From Phaeosaccion multiseriatum (lineage: Eukaryota > Protista > Ochrophyta, other classes): a stretch of DNA of 64,000 bases. Shown piece by piece: positions 1-13,500 of the stretch. The position numbers and the translations under genes were made by a program. The notes under the pieces are model-generated. The model ran no database searches. It saw only the letters and a list, made by a program, of their open reading frames with translations, and had not been told where the DNA came from. The DNA is taken from contig OZ218958.1 in the NCBI GenBank assembly GCA_965112735.1, positions 1,116,001-1,180,000 of the forward strand, in the 5' to 3' direction. Every line of letters begins with the position of its first letter. The stretch's first letter is position 1.

Positions 1-649
1 TGCTGGACAATCAGGAGCTGGGGGGGGGCTCTGTTCAAGCTCTTCCCTCCTTCCTCGTCCGTCCTCCCGGACACGCAGAGGGGGGGGGGATAGCACACAG
101 AGCAAGGCAAAGATGGAGGACAGCTCACGCACGTGTCGCATCCTGCTCCAGCGTGTGAAGTTAACAAAAGCCTGCACTCTTGTGTGCAAGGCTCGCATCC
201 CACCCGCATCCACTCATGCGTCCATCATTGTTTCGAAGCATCGAAGCACTTGGCTTGGTGGTGCACACATGATGGCGACTACAAAAAAACAAGCGCGTCG
301 ACTCGGAGACCTGCACGGACGGACGGGTCCCTCGACGTTGCCCCTCGACTTCGCCCCTCGCAGTTGATGTTGTCGCGCTCAAGATGCTCCTTTGGTTCTT
401 CGGATTGGTCGAAGTGGAGGAGGGGAAGGAAGAAGACTCACCCATCTCTCTTGGCCTTCCCTTTGCCCTCTTTATATACATCCCGTCCCGTACCCCAGCA
501 GTGCGATGGGGGAGATTGCATCGACCAATCAATCGACCAATCAACCAAACAATGAACCCATCAACCACCCCAACCCGTCCATTCATCCACCGAACAATCA
601 ATCAACCCTTCCATCCATCCATCCATCCATCCATCCATCCATCAATCCA

Positions 650-3600
650 TCAATCCAGCCCCAGTGCTACCAGAGCGGACACCATGAAGCCCGCCAGGAG
701 CGCCCCCAGCTTTGCAGGTCCGTGCCTCGGAGACTGAAGCTCGTTGGGGAGTACCTCCATAAGGGCCACGTAGAGAAAGGTTCCTGCTAGCCCAGGAGGA
801 GGCGAGGCGGGAAAGATTGGTAGGTAGGTAGGTAGGTAGGTGGGTAGGTAGGTAGGTGGGTAGGAAGGTACGTACGTAGGTAGGTACGTAGGTAGGTAGG
901 TAGGTAGGTAGGTAGGTGGGTAGGGAGGGAGGGAGGTTGGTAGGTAGGGAGGTAGGGAGGTGGGTAGGTAGGTAGGTAGGGAGGGAGGGAGGTAGGTAGG
1001 TAGGTAGGGAGGTGGGTAGGGAGGTGGGTGGGTAGGGAGGTGGGTAGGGAGGTGGGTAGGGAGGTAGGAGGGTGCGCGTACACAAAGGCGTGCTATCGGT
1101 GTTAGGGGTGGCTCTGCCTCTTGGAATCGTGCGTGGTGTGTGGGGTGCATTCGTGTGTGTGTGCGTGCGTGTGCGTGTGTGTGGCATGTGTGGCATGTGT
1201 ATATATAAAGAGAGAGACAGCCTCGACAAGAGATGATGCGTGGGTGTGTGCGTGTGGGTATGGTACTCAATGAGTGCAAACAACGAAAGCCTCGGCTTGG
1301 TCTACCTCCCCTCCCTTGAGTACAGTAGCACGACAAATCCCTCCCAGAGGGGTGCCGAAAGGGAAGGGAGGGAGTTGGCTGCCACAGCCCTTCAAATCGT
1401 GTGTTCTCCCTTCTTCCAAGGCGCTGCTCCGAACCCCTGTACGTTACGTTACCGTTACTCTACCATTACCTTACCCTTGCCCTCTTCTCTTACCGTCGTG
1501 CTCTACTCATACCCTTACCCCTTGTGCCTTACGTTCCCTTACGTACCTGCAGCCAATGCCATACAAACCGCTGAGGCGGCCCCGTCCCCGTCCTTGCCAA
1601 TGAAATACCCAATACAGATGCCCAAGGGCGTCATGGAGCTGAAGAGCACCAGCAGCCCCACATGTCGTGAAGCGAGCGCCTGCTGCACACATGAGAGAGC
1701 GGCGTGCGTGCGTGCGTGCGTGTGTGTGTGCGTGCGCGTTTAGAAGAGGAGAAGAACAGATCAAAGAGGTGTCGTGCCCATATACAAAACTGTGACCAGG
1801 ATTTGTAGCACCAACGCTTGTAGACACACCGCACTACCACATGTGGGCCTTTTCCTCCTTCTCCCCCCTTTTTGGAAGCGTTGGTGTGAGCCCTGGGAGC
1901 ACATCGATAGTGTTCGACTTCAAACGATCGAAGGCAATACACCTGAAATTGAAACTGGACTGGACAATTTTCCCTATGTTCAGCCTTCCCTCACTCACCG
2001 GTGCAGTAGTGGAGAGTCCTCCTGACTTGTGCACCTCCGCAGCGGTTATGGCGGAGATGAGGGCATAGGCGGCCAGGCCCTGAGCAGAGGCGAGACGACA
2101 CATATGATAACACGGGATGGGATGGGGAGAGGCGGGGCGGTGGCGGGGGGGAGGGGTGGCGGGCAAGGGTCAGTCGGGGTCCGGGGGGGAGGGGGGAAGG
2201 CAAGCGGGCAGAGGGTAAGTGAATCCTCCTCCTGCTACTCCTCCTGCTGCTGCTGCTTCTCCTCCTCTTCTTCCTCCTCCTCCTCCTTCTTCTCCTCCTC
2301 CTCCTCCTCCTCCTCCTTCTGGTGCTGCTGGAAGACTGATACTTGCCTTGTGCGCTAAGATGGCAAACAGCACCGTCCACATCCTCTCTTGCCCTGCCCC
2401 CAGACCGAGGCCTTCCATGACGGAGTGAAAGCAAAGAGCCAGCACTAAGGCTAGCGTGGTCTGAGAGAGAGGAGAGAGACAGACAGACAGAGGATGGGGA
2501 GGGGGGGAGGGGGAGAGAGACGCAGAGAGAGAGAGAGAGAGAGAGGGCGGAGGGGGGGAGGGGAAGAGCGTCCAAGAGGGAGGAGAGAGGGAGGGGTGGG
2601 GGCAGATAGGGAGAGAGATACACAAGAGGATGGAATTGAAAATACGCACTCCACTTGCAGAGTACAGTGAGTGAATGCCGACTTACAGATGGCACCAGAG
2701 GGTGCATGTAACATAGAATCTCACAGCAACAGACGCAGCCAGAGACAGAGAGAGAGAGCGCAGCAGAGTTCAGAAGAGAGAGGGGAGGGCATTCATTCCT
2801 TCCTTCCTTCCTTTCTTCCCCGCCCGCCAGTTGGTTGCTAGACGTCTCACCAGAAGACCATCTTCAGCCCCTCCCACGCCATGCTGATGATGATGATGAT
2901 GGTGATGGCGACTTTGATGTCTCCGATTCCGTCGCTGTATCATTCTCTTGAGGCACTCTTCTTCCTCTGTGTCCTCCTGCTGGCCCAGACTCCTCCGGGC
3001 TGCCCCAGTAGACTGCAAGGTCAGCATACCTCCGTGCGAGGCGGCATCTTCTCCTCTTCTAAGTGCTACCAATGAGGACCCATTTTGCCCTCCTCCTCCT
3101 GCTGCTGCATCACCAACTGTTGCTGCTGCTGCTGTATCACCATCTCCTGCTGCTGTTGCTCCAAAGAGACGCTCCTCGTCATCTGCGTGGCCAGCATCGC
3201 CCTCAGTTGCCTCGTCGCCGCCCAATCCCCCACGGCCCTGTTGCTGCGGCTCCTGCCCCATCGGCAGCTCGCTCATGCGCAGCAGCGCCGTAGTCTATTG
3301 TCCAGACGGAATAGACGCATACGTAAGGCGAGAGACACGAAAGGACACGATTACAAAAGGTTGGTTTCGGTCGAACCATCAACTGCCCGGCGGCCCCTTG
3401 TGAATCACTCATACATCTCTAAACACATGCCGAAGGATATTGCTCGACCACGTACAATCGAAGAGGAGTCTCCTTCCTCCGACGAGGGGTTTGATTCCTG
3501 CTCGTACTCCCGCTGCTCATCCTCCTTGTCCTGCTGCCATTCCTTCCTGTGCTGGAGCAACATTGAGCCATGATCGAGTAGCAGCACCGACAAAAACCCA

Positions 3601-3979
3601 ATACAACTCAGAATCCCCCCCCACGGCGCCTCCGCTCCCCCTCCCCAGAGCTCAGACAGAGTGGCAGCTGCCTCCGGAAGCATGTGAACCTGTGAGAAAA
3701 GCAACACAAGATGAGAGATGGAGCGCGATAGCTGAAGCGAGCTGTCGGTCCACACTGCGGTCCTCCTCCCCCCCCCCCCTTTGGAAGAGACGCTTCCACT
3801 TCTCCTGATCACCGTCCTCGCTCCTCACTCACCATGGCGGAGGCCAAGAAGACTCCAGCGGCTGCGGCATTCATGCACGAAGACAGCTTCGGGTCGATGC
3901 TTCGGAAGCGAAGCGCCGCCAAGCCCCCCGTCATGGCCACCACAAAGAGTAGCAGCCCCGCAAATACTCGGAAGAGCAT
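650..3979 (-). CDS. ZIP (SLC39/Zrt-Irt) family zinc/iron transporter, 7 exons: 3979-3833, 3689-3456, 3294-2851, 2460-2347, 2079-1999, 1682-1547, 783-650
   Basis: The spliced product has ZIP hallmarks: [10 protein letters not shown]|VHMLPEA, a His-rich cytosolic loop ([15 protein letters not shown]), TM4 [15 protein letters not shown]5 ILAHK|[15 protein letters not shown] and [13 protein letters not shown]. All intron phases are consistent; intron 4 uses a GC donor. The start codon (3979) is uncertain because the frame is open further upstream. Confidence 0.9.
818..1070. repeat. (TAGG/GAGG)n tetranucleotide microsatellite in the last ZIP intron; reads (CCTA)n on the coding strand near the 3' splice site
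   Basis: Directly visible tandem array. Confidence 0.95.
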
Positions 3980-4071
3980 CTCTCTTGCACCCGGCCGCCC
4001 CTTCTCCGCCTCCTCACCAAGAGGGTGGTGAGAAGTTACTTTTAGACAACCATAGATGGCACTTAACGGCC

Positions 4072-4116
4072 GATAGCGCGCTATCCGGCCCCTCGGGGCC
4101 CGATAGCGCGCTATCG
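4072..4116. promoter_or_regulatory. Nested palindrome upstream of the ZIP gene (candidate regulatory element)
   Basis: GATAGCGCGCTATC (4072-4085) and CGATAGCGCGCTATCG (4101-4116) flank the hairpin GGCCCC-TC-GGGGCC, about 95-135 bp 5' of the putative ATG. The structure is seen; the function is inferred. Confidence 0.4.
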
Positions 4117-5139
4117 AGAATGTAATCCTTTGATTTTTTCCCTTCTCCCTCCCCCGGGTAAATCGACTTACGTATCGACTTGTCCAATAGTGGGGTCGTA
4201 TTTGAGCGCTCTTGCTCTCATACCGTTGCCTCCCTCGGTTGTCCATGTCCCCGTGTGTGTGTGCGTGCGCAGGTCTCTCTCTCTCTCGTAATGAAAACTA
4301 ACAGCAAGAGCGAGACACAGGACAATAAAGCAATAAAGGGGGCTGAGCAGGGAAGCCCGTCGGCTGACGTGAGGCCTGGCGGGTCGCTGATCACTCGGAG
4401 GACGAGCTGCTGCCGTTCGCCTTCTGTGATTTTTTTGATTTTTTTTTTGTTCTTCTCCTCTATAATTAGTACTATGAAGTAATAGGGAATGAGAAAAGAA
4501 TGATCAAACATCCTCCTCCGACCACACCCCCTCTGTACATTCGGCGAGGAAGGATTGGGTATTCCTGACTCCCTCTGCCGCCTTCTCTCTGCGCCCACCT
4601 CTCCCCTACCCGTACATGTCATCACAATCATACAGCCCCGACCCTCCCTCGTTCATCCTCGCCCTTCCATGATGCCGGAATTAGGCTGATTCATATAAGA
4701 ATAAAATGCGAATCGATTGTGCGCCGTTCCCGTATTCCTTCGCCGCCGCTGCTTCTCCAGCGGCAACAGTTTTGAGCTTCAGTTTGCCCCCCCGGGGCGG
4801 CGCTGCTGCTGCTGCTGCTGCTGCCGCCGCGGAAACACAATGCACACGAGTCCAGACCGGCTTGTGTGCGTGTGTGCGTGTGCCACTAAGTGCCATCCAT
4901 TGACCGCGTTCTCCGCCGCCCGCCCGCCTTTTCTGAGGCCCATGCTCCTGCACCTGTGCCGCCCCACCCAGGGCCTTCCAAACAAGACACGCACAACTCA
5001 AATGCCCCCCCGGGGGGCCTCTCCTCTTTTCCTCCTGCCTCTCCTCTCCACGGAGCTGACGTCGTCCGTCCCGTGACGAATCAATCAATCGATCGATCAA
5101 TCAATCGATAGTCAGAGTCCATCCATTGCCATCCATCAC

Positions 5140-7097
5140 TCATAACAGGGGCGGAAGAGGGCCGCCTCCCGCCCAGCCGGTGGGGAACGGTACGAGCGCC
5201 AAAATGGTAAAGAACAGCAGCGCGTAGGACAGAGCCGAGCGCTCCTGCCCCACCTCCGTCAGTCCATCCTGCGACGGCGCGTCTTGCCCCCTCTGCAGCA
5301 GGATTACCACCAGGCCCCAGAAGAGCTGGACAGAGTAGTTTTGAAAGATCGCACTCAGCGCCTGCAAGAACAGGGTGACCGTGCCCACCGTGGTGGCCGT
5401 CTTGCGACCAAACGTCGCCGCGGACATTCGACCACCGTCCAACTTGCCGACCGGCATGAGGTTCAGGGCGGTGGTGATGAGGCCCGTGATACCCACAATG
5501 ACCATGGGGTGGATGGGTATGGCCACCGAGAGATCTTGAAGCATAATTGAGGGAAGGGTGAAGGACATGACACCACCGACCAAGAGGCTGCTGTGGAAGA
5601 TGGATGCAGGCACCACGGGGAACTGCGCAAGCATCTCAGGGGAGGCGCTTCCTGTCATGGAAATGCCTGTGGCCAGCGCTGCTATGGAGGCGATCAGGCC
5701 CACCACAGGGCCCGACACAGCAAGGTCAAAGGCATCCTTGCGTGTCTTGGGGAAAGAGAGCCACGGGGTGATGGCTCCGAAGAGACCCAGCTGTAGCAGT
5801 TGGTCATACAGACAGAGACAGAGACGGGATAGGAGCAGGAGCAGGGGTGGGAGTTAGAGATACAGCAGCAATAGCACGCGGGGGATGGGGTGGGGCTGCT
5901 GCTACCCCGCTCTTTCGCTCTCTCTTCTCTCTCTCTCTCTCTCGCCTCTCTTCCCTGTCCCCCTCTCGCTCTGTCGTCTCTCTTCTCTCTCTCGTACTAC
6001 CTGGAGGGAGGGTATGAAGACAGGAGGGGCGATCTTCACTCCCGTCTTCTTGCTGACCACGAAGTGCCCGAGCTCGTGCACCAGCTGAATGCCAAAGATA
6101 CCCAGGGCCACAGGAATGGCCTTTGCCGCTATGCTCACGTCCCCGTCGGAGATCTGTTGTTGTTGTTGTTGGTGGTGGTGGAAGCGTATGGGCAGGGAAA
6201 TGATTTGTGTATGTGTGTCAATCATCGTCTCCCCACCCGACGGGAGCAAATCAAATCAAGCGCACTCACTCAGTCACCCACTCACTCGCTCCCTCCTTGC
6301 GTCCCTCCCTCCCCTTACTGACCTTCTGAAAGAAGTCCGAGTTCAGTGCGAAGGTGCCCAGGCCGTAGGCAAAAGAGGTGAAGGCCCCCAGCAGGACCGA
6401 GATTGTCACAATCACAAGCGAAAACGAGTCCGCCTGGCAAGTTTACATCGGGGAGGGGAGGATGAGCAAGAGGAAGACGAGGAGGAGAGGAAGACGACGA
6501 CGACGACGAGGACGACGACGACGAGGAGGAGGAGGAGGAGGAGGAAGGGCGTCAAACTCGGTCTTTGCAGAACGAATAACTAAAGTGCACAGGAATACCA
6601 ACCACAGAAGTATTGATTTCTTGCCTGAAACCACAGATATTATCAATCTCGAGCACCCATCAAAAGAATCGATATGTCACAAGCTTTTGCGCTCACTCCA
6701 AAGGAGCAGCGCCTAAAGACTCAGGAGGATCCAACCGTGTGCTGATCTTGTGGATGACGTGTCTCAACACACCGAAACTGCCGGAGAACCTGAAACTGAA
6801 ACTTGGTCCGTGACGTGACGACTTTACCTGCGGTGGCTGAGCGTCCTTGGACACAGCCACGAAGACGGGCCGTCCGTTGTCCGTGGGGGTGCCTCGCGGG
6901 TTGTTTTGGTTGCGCGTCGCCATACGGGGGGTGGGATCGGGCATAAGGAACACCTGGAGTCTGTGGGAGGGGAGGAGGAGGAGGAGGAGCAGGAGGAGGT
7001 GGCAACATACGGTTCCTTAAGTGTTAGTTTCAGTCTTAGGGGGGAGGTTCGATTGCGAGAGCGCTGCAAGCAGTAGTGCACAGTTAGTAGAAGAAGC

Positions 7098-7131
<34 letters not shown>

Positions 7132-7688
7132 GTTAAGTAGGAGTCCCTCCGTGCCCAACTCACTCACCGATCTCTGACTCCGGGGAGGTCATCGAGCTTT
7201 TTGCTAACGAGGTCGAACACTTGTTCCGTGGTGCGATTGCCGCGAATATTGCCCTGCAGTACCGATATAAACAAACAAACCAACATGTCAGTAAGGAGTG
7301 AGTGCGTGCGTGCGGTCAGTCAGCAGCGGGTTCGCACACGCAGAGAGGGAGGGGCGCACAGAGAGGGAGGAAGGGAGGAAGGGAGGGATGGAGGCCGGAG
7401 GGAGGCGCCTAACAACGACGTGAAGGGGGGTGCTGCAGTGGCGTCGGCAGACTACCCCCCGGGGGAAGGTCATGCCAGAGCCTGGGATGGTACAGGTACA
7501 GTCATTCAAAGTGAGTCAACTCAACTCAACTCAACTCAGCAAGTCAAGTGAGTAAGTAAGTTCATACACGTTTGCTGGACCCACCTTAAAGAGAGCAGCG
7601 CAGGCGCAGGTCTCCACATCCGTGACGTAAAAGGAGTCAATGCCGAAGCACGAGTCGGAGAGCGTGGTAATGTCATCGGCCTGAGGAG

Positions 7689-7736
<48 letters not shown>

Positions 7737-10088
7737 GAGAGCGAGAGAGAGAGAGAGAGAGAGGGCAATGGAGGTAAGTAGTGGGCTTGGATGGATGGAT
7801 AGAAAGAAGAGACATGAGAGATAAGATAAGAGAATAAAAGATAAGATAAGATAAGATGAGATAAGGGCGGTCCGGTCCTTTCCGTCAATAGCCATCCATA
7901 CACGTAGTGAGCCCACGTCATTTCAAAAACCTGTCAATGGCTACACATCCCATCTGACCGACCTTAAGTGGGGGTGCTGCGAGAAGGTACCCAAGCAGAG
8001 AATTGGGTAGCCATAGGGGAATAGTCATGAGCCCCGGAAGGTCCATTCCACCGGTACCCCCCATACCCATGGATTCATTCAAGCCGTTCATGGACCCCAG
8101 GAGAGTGTTCAAGTTGCTTGACTGTTAGCGAGGCAAGGGAACGAGAGAAGGCAACGTCCGCAGAGGGGGGGGGGGGGGGGCGGGGGAGGAGGGAGGTGTA
8201 GAGAGAAAATGAGGGGGCACGTGGCGGGAGGGAGAGAGGGAGACGAAGAGGGACGGAGGGAGAGAGAAACAGGATTAGAGAGATGGAGAGAAGGAGCATC
8301 AGGAGGACTCTGCACTGCATACTCCTCACTACTTTTCCTTCTCCATGTCGAACGAGAAAACTAAAGGCACCACTCCATACACACACGCACAGTCTCCCCC
8401 CCCCCCCCCATACACCCACCCACCCCCAACCCCCACCCCTTTAACACGCTCTCTCTCTCTCTCTCTCTCTCTCACTCACACACACACACACACATGCGCA
8501 CGTATGCACACACGTCTACACACACACCTCCAGCGTGACGTTCTTCCCCAACGACTGCTTCATCCAGCTCTCCACCATCTCTTTCTCAGAGATCCTCTCC
8601 GCCTCCGCCGCATCGACGGGTATACGTCCTCCTTGCAGGAGCCCCGCCGCCCCTCCGGTCCCTCCTCCTCCACTCCCCCCCGCTGCCCGTTCGAGTGCTT
8701 CCTTGATGTCATCGGCGAGACGAGCAGCGAGCTTCTTGTCCTTCTTCTCCATGGCCTGTGGTGGTGGATGATGTGGTGAGGGGAGGCAAGCAAGCAAGCA
8801 CAGGTGGTGTGGTGGGGTAGGTGGGTAGGGTAGGGGGGGGAGGAGGGGGTGGGTCAAGAAAGCCAGACAAGCAAGCAAGTAAGATGCACGTACAGGTGGT
8901 GCGCAAGGTAGAGATATGCAGAATGCAGCAGGATGGGGAGGAGGGGGGGTAAGCAACAACAACAACAACAAGAAGAAGAAGAAGAAGAAGAAGAAGAAGA
9001 AGAAGAAGAAGAAGAAAAAGAAAGGGTGAGGTGAAGGGTGAGGTGAGGTGAAGTGACAGTGATCCAGATGTGGACCTCTAGCTACTACGCACCGCCATGA
9101 GCTTCTCGCTGATGTCCAACAAGATCTCCCTCTCCTTGGAGGCCTCCTCCGTCTTCTCTGCCAGTTTCAGAAGCCGTAGGAACAGCTTGGGCTTGATCAT
9201 GTTCATGTGAACCGACATCACATGTTCGAAGCCCTCTAACGAAGGAGGAGATGGCGGGGCAGCGCTGCTAACCTCTTCCTTTTTCACTTCTACTGGCGCT
9301 TCTTCTGTTGCTCCTACTGATGCTCCTGTTGCTGCTGCTGCTGTTGCTGCTGCCGCTTCTGTTGCTGCGGCTCCTCCTTCTGCGCCTCCTACTGCTGCTG
9401 CTGTTGCTACTGCTGCTGGCGCTGCTGCCGAGCTGGTCTCCGCCTCAGCACCGGCTTTTGCGGTCACCTCAGGCGCCTGCCCTTGACTGTCGCTATCGGC
9501 GCCTTCCTTCGAGGCAGCTGCGGCGGCCATGTCCTTGTCGTACGCGACCCGCAGTTGTTCGATCAGCTGGTCCAGCTTGGCCTCTTCTTCTTCCTTGCGC
9601 TTGTCTCGGATAGTCTCCAGAGCCTCCGACTGCTCCTCTACCTCCAGTCGCAACTTCTCTGCCTGCAGCCTCAGCTTCTCCGCCTCCAGCGTAGCCTTCT
9701 CCAGCGCCGGAGACATGCTCGGCTTCGCTGCTGCCACCCCCCCACCCCCCCCTCCTCCGTCCCCTTCACCCCCGCTCTCCGAAGAACTCCTCAAGGTGAC
9801 AGCCGAAGTAAATCTTGGCCCCACTGCGTTGTCACTCCTCCATCCAGATGCTGATAAGCGCGAGCCTACCCATCCCCCGCCCCTCCTTTCTGCCCCTCTC
9901 CTGCTGTTGCCACCGCTCCTGCTGCTTATCCCGCTGCTCCTCCTGCTAATCCCTATCCTGCTGCCCCTGCTCCTCGCTGATGATGCCCCCAACTGGAAAC
10001 CGGTAAGCGGAGGAGGAAGCAACAGCAGCTGCAGGGCCAACGCACCGGCCCAGCAGTAGTACCCTCGGCACCGCTTCGCATTCACCAT
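5140..10088 (-). CDS. Plastid-targeted M50 (site-2) membrane metalloprotease, EGY-like; 9 exons: 10088-9093, 8755-8528, 8121-7963, 7680-7585, 7253-7168, 6960-6828, 6433-6323, 6153-6001, 5790-5140
   Basis: HELGH (HExxH) and NLMPVGKLDGG (NxxPxxxLDG) motifs, and the EGY-typical CFGIDSFYVT...GNIRG segment. The N-terminus is a signal peptide ending LTG-FQL followed by a Ser/Arg-rich transit peptide (bipartite, Phe at +1). Introns are all GT-AG and phase consistent. Confidence 0.9.
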
Positions 10089-10553
10089 CCTCCTTCCTGT
10101 GGAGTAGGTGACCCAGAGAGCCAACAATCACAATGGGAACCTCTGAGCTCTCCGAGGAAGACGACGTCGTCTGCGGGCCTCTCCTCACGTACTGTTGTAA
10201 TGCCCGCCCGTTTGTGCGCCTTTTCTTTTCAAGTTGCATTGCCTCCATCATTACGAATGTTTACGTAAGGGCTTTCAAACCCCGGGGGGAGGGCTCCTGG
10301 CCAAAAGCCGTCTCTTCCACTTGCAAAGAGCGTCGCTCATCCGCGGGGGGGGGGCGGAGAGGATTCGATTGAGAGGATTAGGCAGTGTGTAGGGTAGAGT
10401 AGGATGCAAGGGCAGGATTAGAGCGAGCGGAGTGGTGGGGATTCGGAAAGAGTTTTTACTGTTCATCGCTTTGGTGAGGAGGAGGAGTGAGGAAAGGGAG
10501 AGGCAGGGCGCGCCACCTGTCGTAGAGGAGCCAGGTAGGTAGAAGCGGACATC

Positions 10554-13500
10554 ATGTCCTCTGTAGTACGCTTCAAGTTCAAGTCCTCCAAGGCGAGTAA
10601 GGACATGGAGACGGTTGCCTTTAGCGGCACGGTGATCAAACTGTTTGACCTGAAGAAGGCCATTGTGGAGCAACGCAAGATGCACAAGGGGTTGGACTTC
10701 GACCTCGAGATCAAGAACATGCAGACCGGGGAAGGTAAGCGGAAGCGGAGAAGGAGCTATAGCTTGACGATAGGGCGGGGGGGGGGTGCGGGGGAGCAGG
10801 TCCGCTGTGGCTAAATGGTTCTCCGATTGCGGGGGGGAACGTTGCAGCGGAGGTTGTGCTTGAGCAGCAAATAGCCTCTGGAATGATACGCCATTGGCCA
10901 ATGATGATAGCAGGTCTACTCTGATGAGGCATAGCCTGTCCCTCCTCGCTACGCCCAAGAAATGTTGCACTTAACTGACCTTTCATTCCCCCTTCTTCTC
11001 CCCTCCACCCCTTTCTGCCGCGCTGCCCCTACCCCCCCCCCCCTCTCCCCGACCTGCCTGACTCTGCCTGCCTATCATCTCGGTCGGTCGCTGCTGCACT
11101 CGCACCCCCACCAACCCAACCCACCCGCTGTGGCTGGCTGGCACACGCCACGCTTGTTAGTGTACGGCGACGAGTCGGTCATGCTTCCCAAGAACTCGTC
11201 CGTCATCGTGCAGCGGAGGCCGCCTGCCTCGCGGAACAAGGGGCTACTGTCCAGGATCAACGCCGCCAAGGAGCTGGAGATAGCAAAGTACGATCGTGTT
11301 GATATTGGACATGGTGGTGGTGGTGGTTGAGTTTGTTGTATGGGGGGGGCAAGTCCCGTTTGTTGTTGTAGGTCTTGTTGTATTGTGCTCTTCTGCTGTA
11401 GCGGTCCCTCTGAATCGTTTGGAATTAGTTGTTGTATGCCGTAGGCTGAGTGAGTCTGAGGTATTGAAGGCGGTGTGTGGGTACCCGTGGGGTGGCCGCT
11501 GTTGGTGGCCTCCTCCCCCCCCCCCCGGCTCTAAGCTGTGCGTAAGAAGGACCCTTTGGGGAGTCTTTCTGCGAGTAGCCGACCGGGCAAGAGAGAGAGG
11601 GCTCTTCTCTTACCGCAGAGCTCCGTGCTGACTGAGTGAAGTGAGATGAGAGGATGGGCGAACGAGCGAGAGCGACTGCGGAACACTCGTTTGGCCTGAG
11701 AGAAGACGTGTGTGCGATGTGTGTGCCGGAGCGAATGGATGCGGAGGAGACCCCCCCCTCCCCCTCCCACCCCATAAGACGAAGACGAACACAATCAGCA
11801 CCAGAGTAGGAAGCAGAGTATTCGCTGCAGAGGAGGCGCTCCAACTCGGCACATGGTGACGATAGATGAAGGAAAGAAATGAAGAGAAGCAGCGCCAGCA
11901 GCAGCAATTCGCTCTTTGCTCTCGGAGTCGGACCTGTTTGAATCGGATGAGCGCAGGAGGGGCTGCCACAAGACGAGAGGGAGGGAGATCACCCAAGGCT
12001 CTTCACGCAAGGCGCTTCATCCCATCTTAGTTGATTGGAGCGTGCAGGAGGGGGCGGGCGGGCGGGCAGGGGAGCTCATAACGAGTACCCTTAAACTGGA
12101 AACTGGTCTGTTTTTCTCCTCCCATGCCGCTCAAGCAGCGGGGGGAGAGTGGAGTGGCTTGCTTGAGCTGCTCAAACGCCCTCGCGGCGTAGGGCATCGG
12201 CTTAGGGCTCGTCTCGCCGTTGTTGAAGCTATTCAGCTTGTTGTGGCGTGCCCCGGGAAGGCGAGCTTGATCAGTTTGAGTTTGAGTTTGAGGCCATCTT
12301 CCTTCCTCCCGCCCCAAGTAGGGGATGAGGCTGACGCGTCATGTACCCTCTGGGGCACGTCCTTCTACCTTCACCTGCACAAGTAGCGACGAGTTCTCGG
12401 TCCTCTACACGGGGGGGTGGGGGTATGGGTGCGCGCACACGCACGCACGCACGCACGCACGCACACTTTCCTGCCGTAGCGGCGCTTGCGGGGCTCGAGA
12501 GAGAGAGAACAACAAGCAAAATCAAAGAAGAAATAGAGTAATGCAAGAATGCTTGAGTGGCTCAAGGGGGTGAGTGGGAGGTGTGGGCGGGTTGTGGGTA
12601 GTCGCGCACGCATCCACGCACTCACAGCATACACACACGCTGTAGAGCTCAATCCCGATGTGAGGGCGTGAGTAGTATGTGACTAAGCTGAGCTGGCGGG
12701 GAGGCGAGAGACGAGAGACAGGCGACGGGTGCTTCTGGACGGAGGGATGACTACTACTTCGCGCCGCTCGCGTCGCTGGCGTTTCCTTTGCGGCAGTCGG
12801 GCAGCTTCACTTCACTGAGAGACGGCGTCCATTCCAAGGGTGGGGCAGAGGGGCCGGAGAGGAGAGAGGGAAGGAGGGGGAGGGAGCGAGGCGCACGCTT
12901 CAGCCCCTCCCTTCCCCCCTTCCTTCCACCATACACTGTTCATTCAAATCAATGCACCGCCACCGCCGCGTCGACTCGGCTCGATCAAATTCCGTGTCCA
13001 TTGCTTGGCATCTCCCATCTTGTCGGCATACACTCCCGAGGCGCTGTGCATGTGTATGTGCGTGTGTGTGTGTGTGTGTTGCATCGAGAGGGGCAGTCAC
13101 GGGGAGTGAAGTGCCCCACGGCAACGATTGCCACACCACGAGCACCAGCAACAGCGGCAGCAACAGCAGCAGCAGCAGCACCATCATCATCGTCATCATC
13201 ATCAGCATCATCATCAGCAGCAGCAGCGCCAGCAGCAGCGGTCGGCACACGCCCATAAGAGAGGGAGGGAAGGAGAAGCAACCCCAAGCGCAAGCGCGCG
13301 CGTGTGTGCGTGATGTGCGATACACCCCCCGGGGTGAGGCGTTTCCGTCTAGTGCCATATTTGCTTCGTATGTGCACCACCTCTCACCGTTTGAAGGCGC
13401 GGCTCTTCTCTGTTCGTATGGCACGGGAATCATTGACTTGGGAGGGAGGAGGGAGGAGCCGCTGGCGCCGCCATGGGAGAGGGAATGGAAAGAGTGGTTC

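Noticed and set aside
1-600. Short ORFs at the window start (113-367, 133-555)
   Set aside because: No recognisable motifs or convincing exon structure; could be UTR or the tail of a gene outside the window.
12027-12936. Possible nested antisense gene in RBBP6 intron 2 (signal-peptide-like [22 protein letters not shown])
   Set aside because: No ATG-initiated, phase-consistent model could be built; kept only as an open question in the findings.
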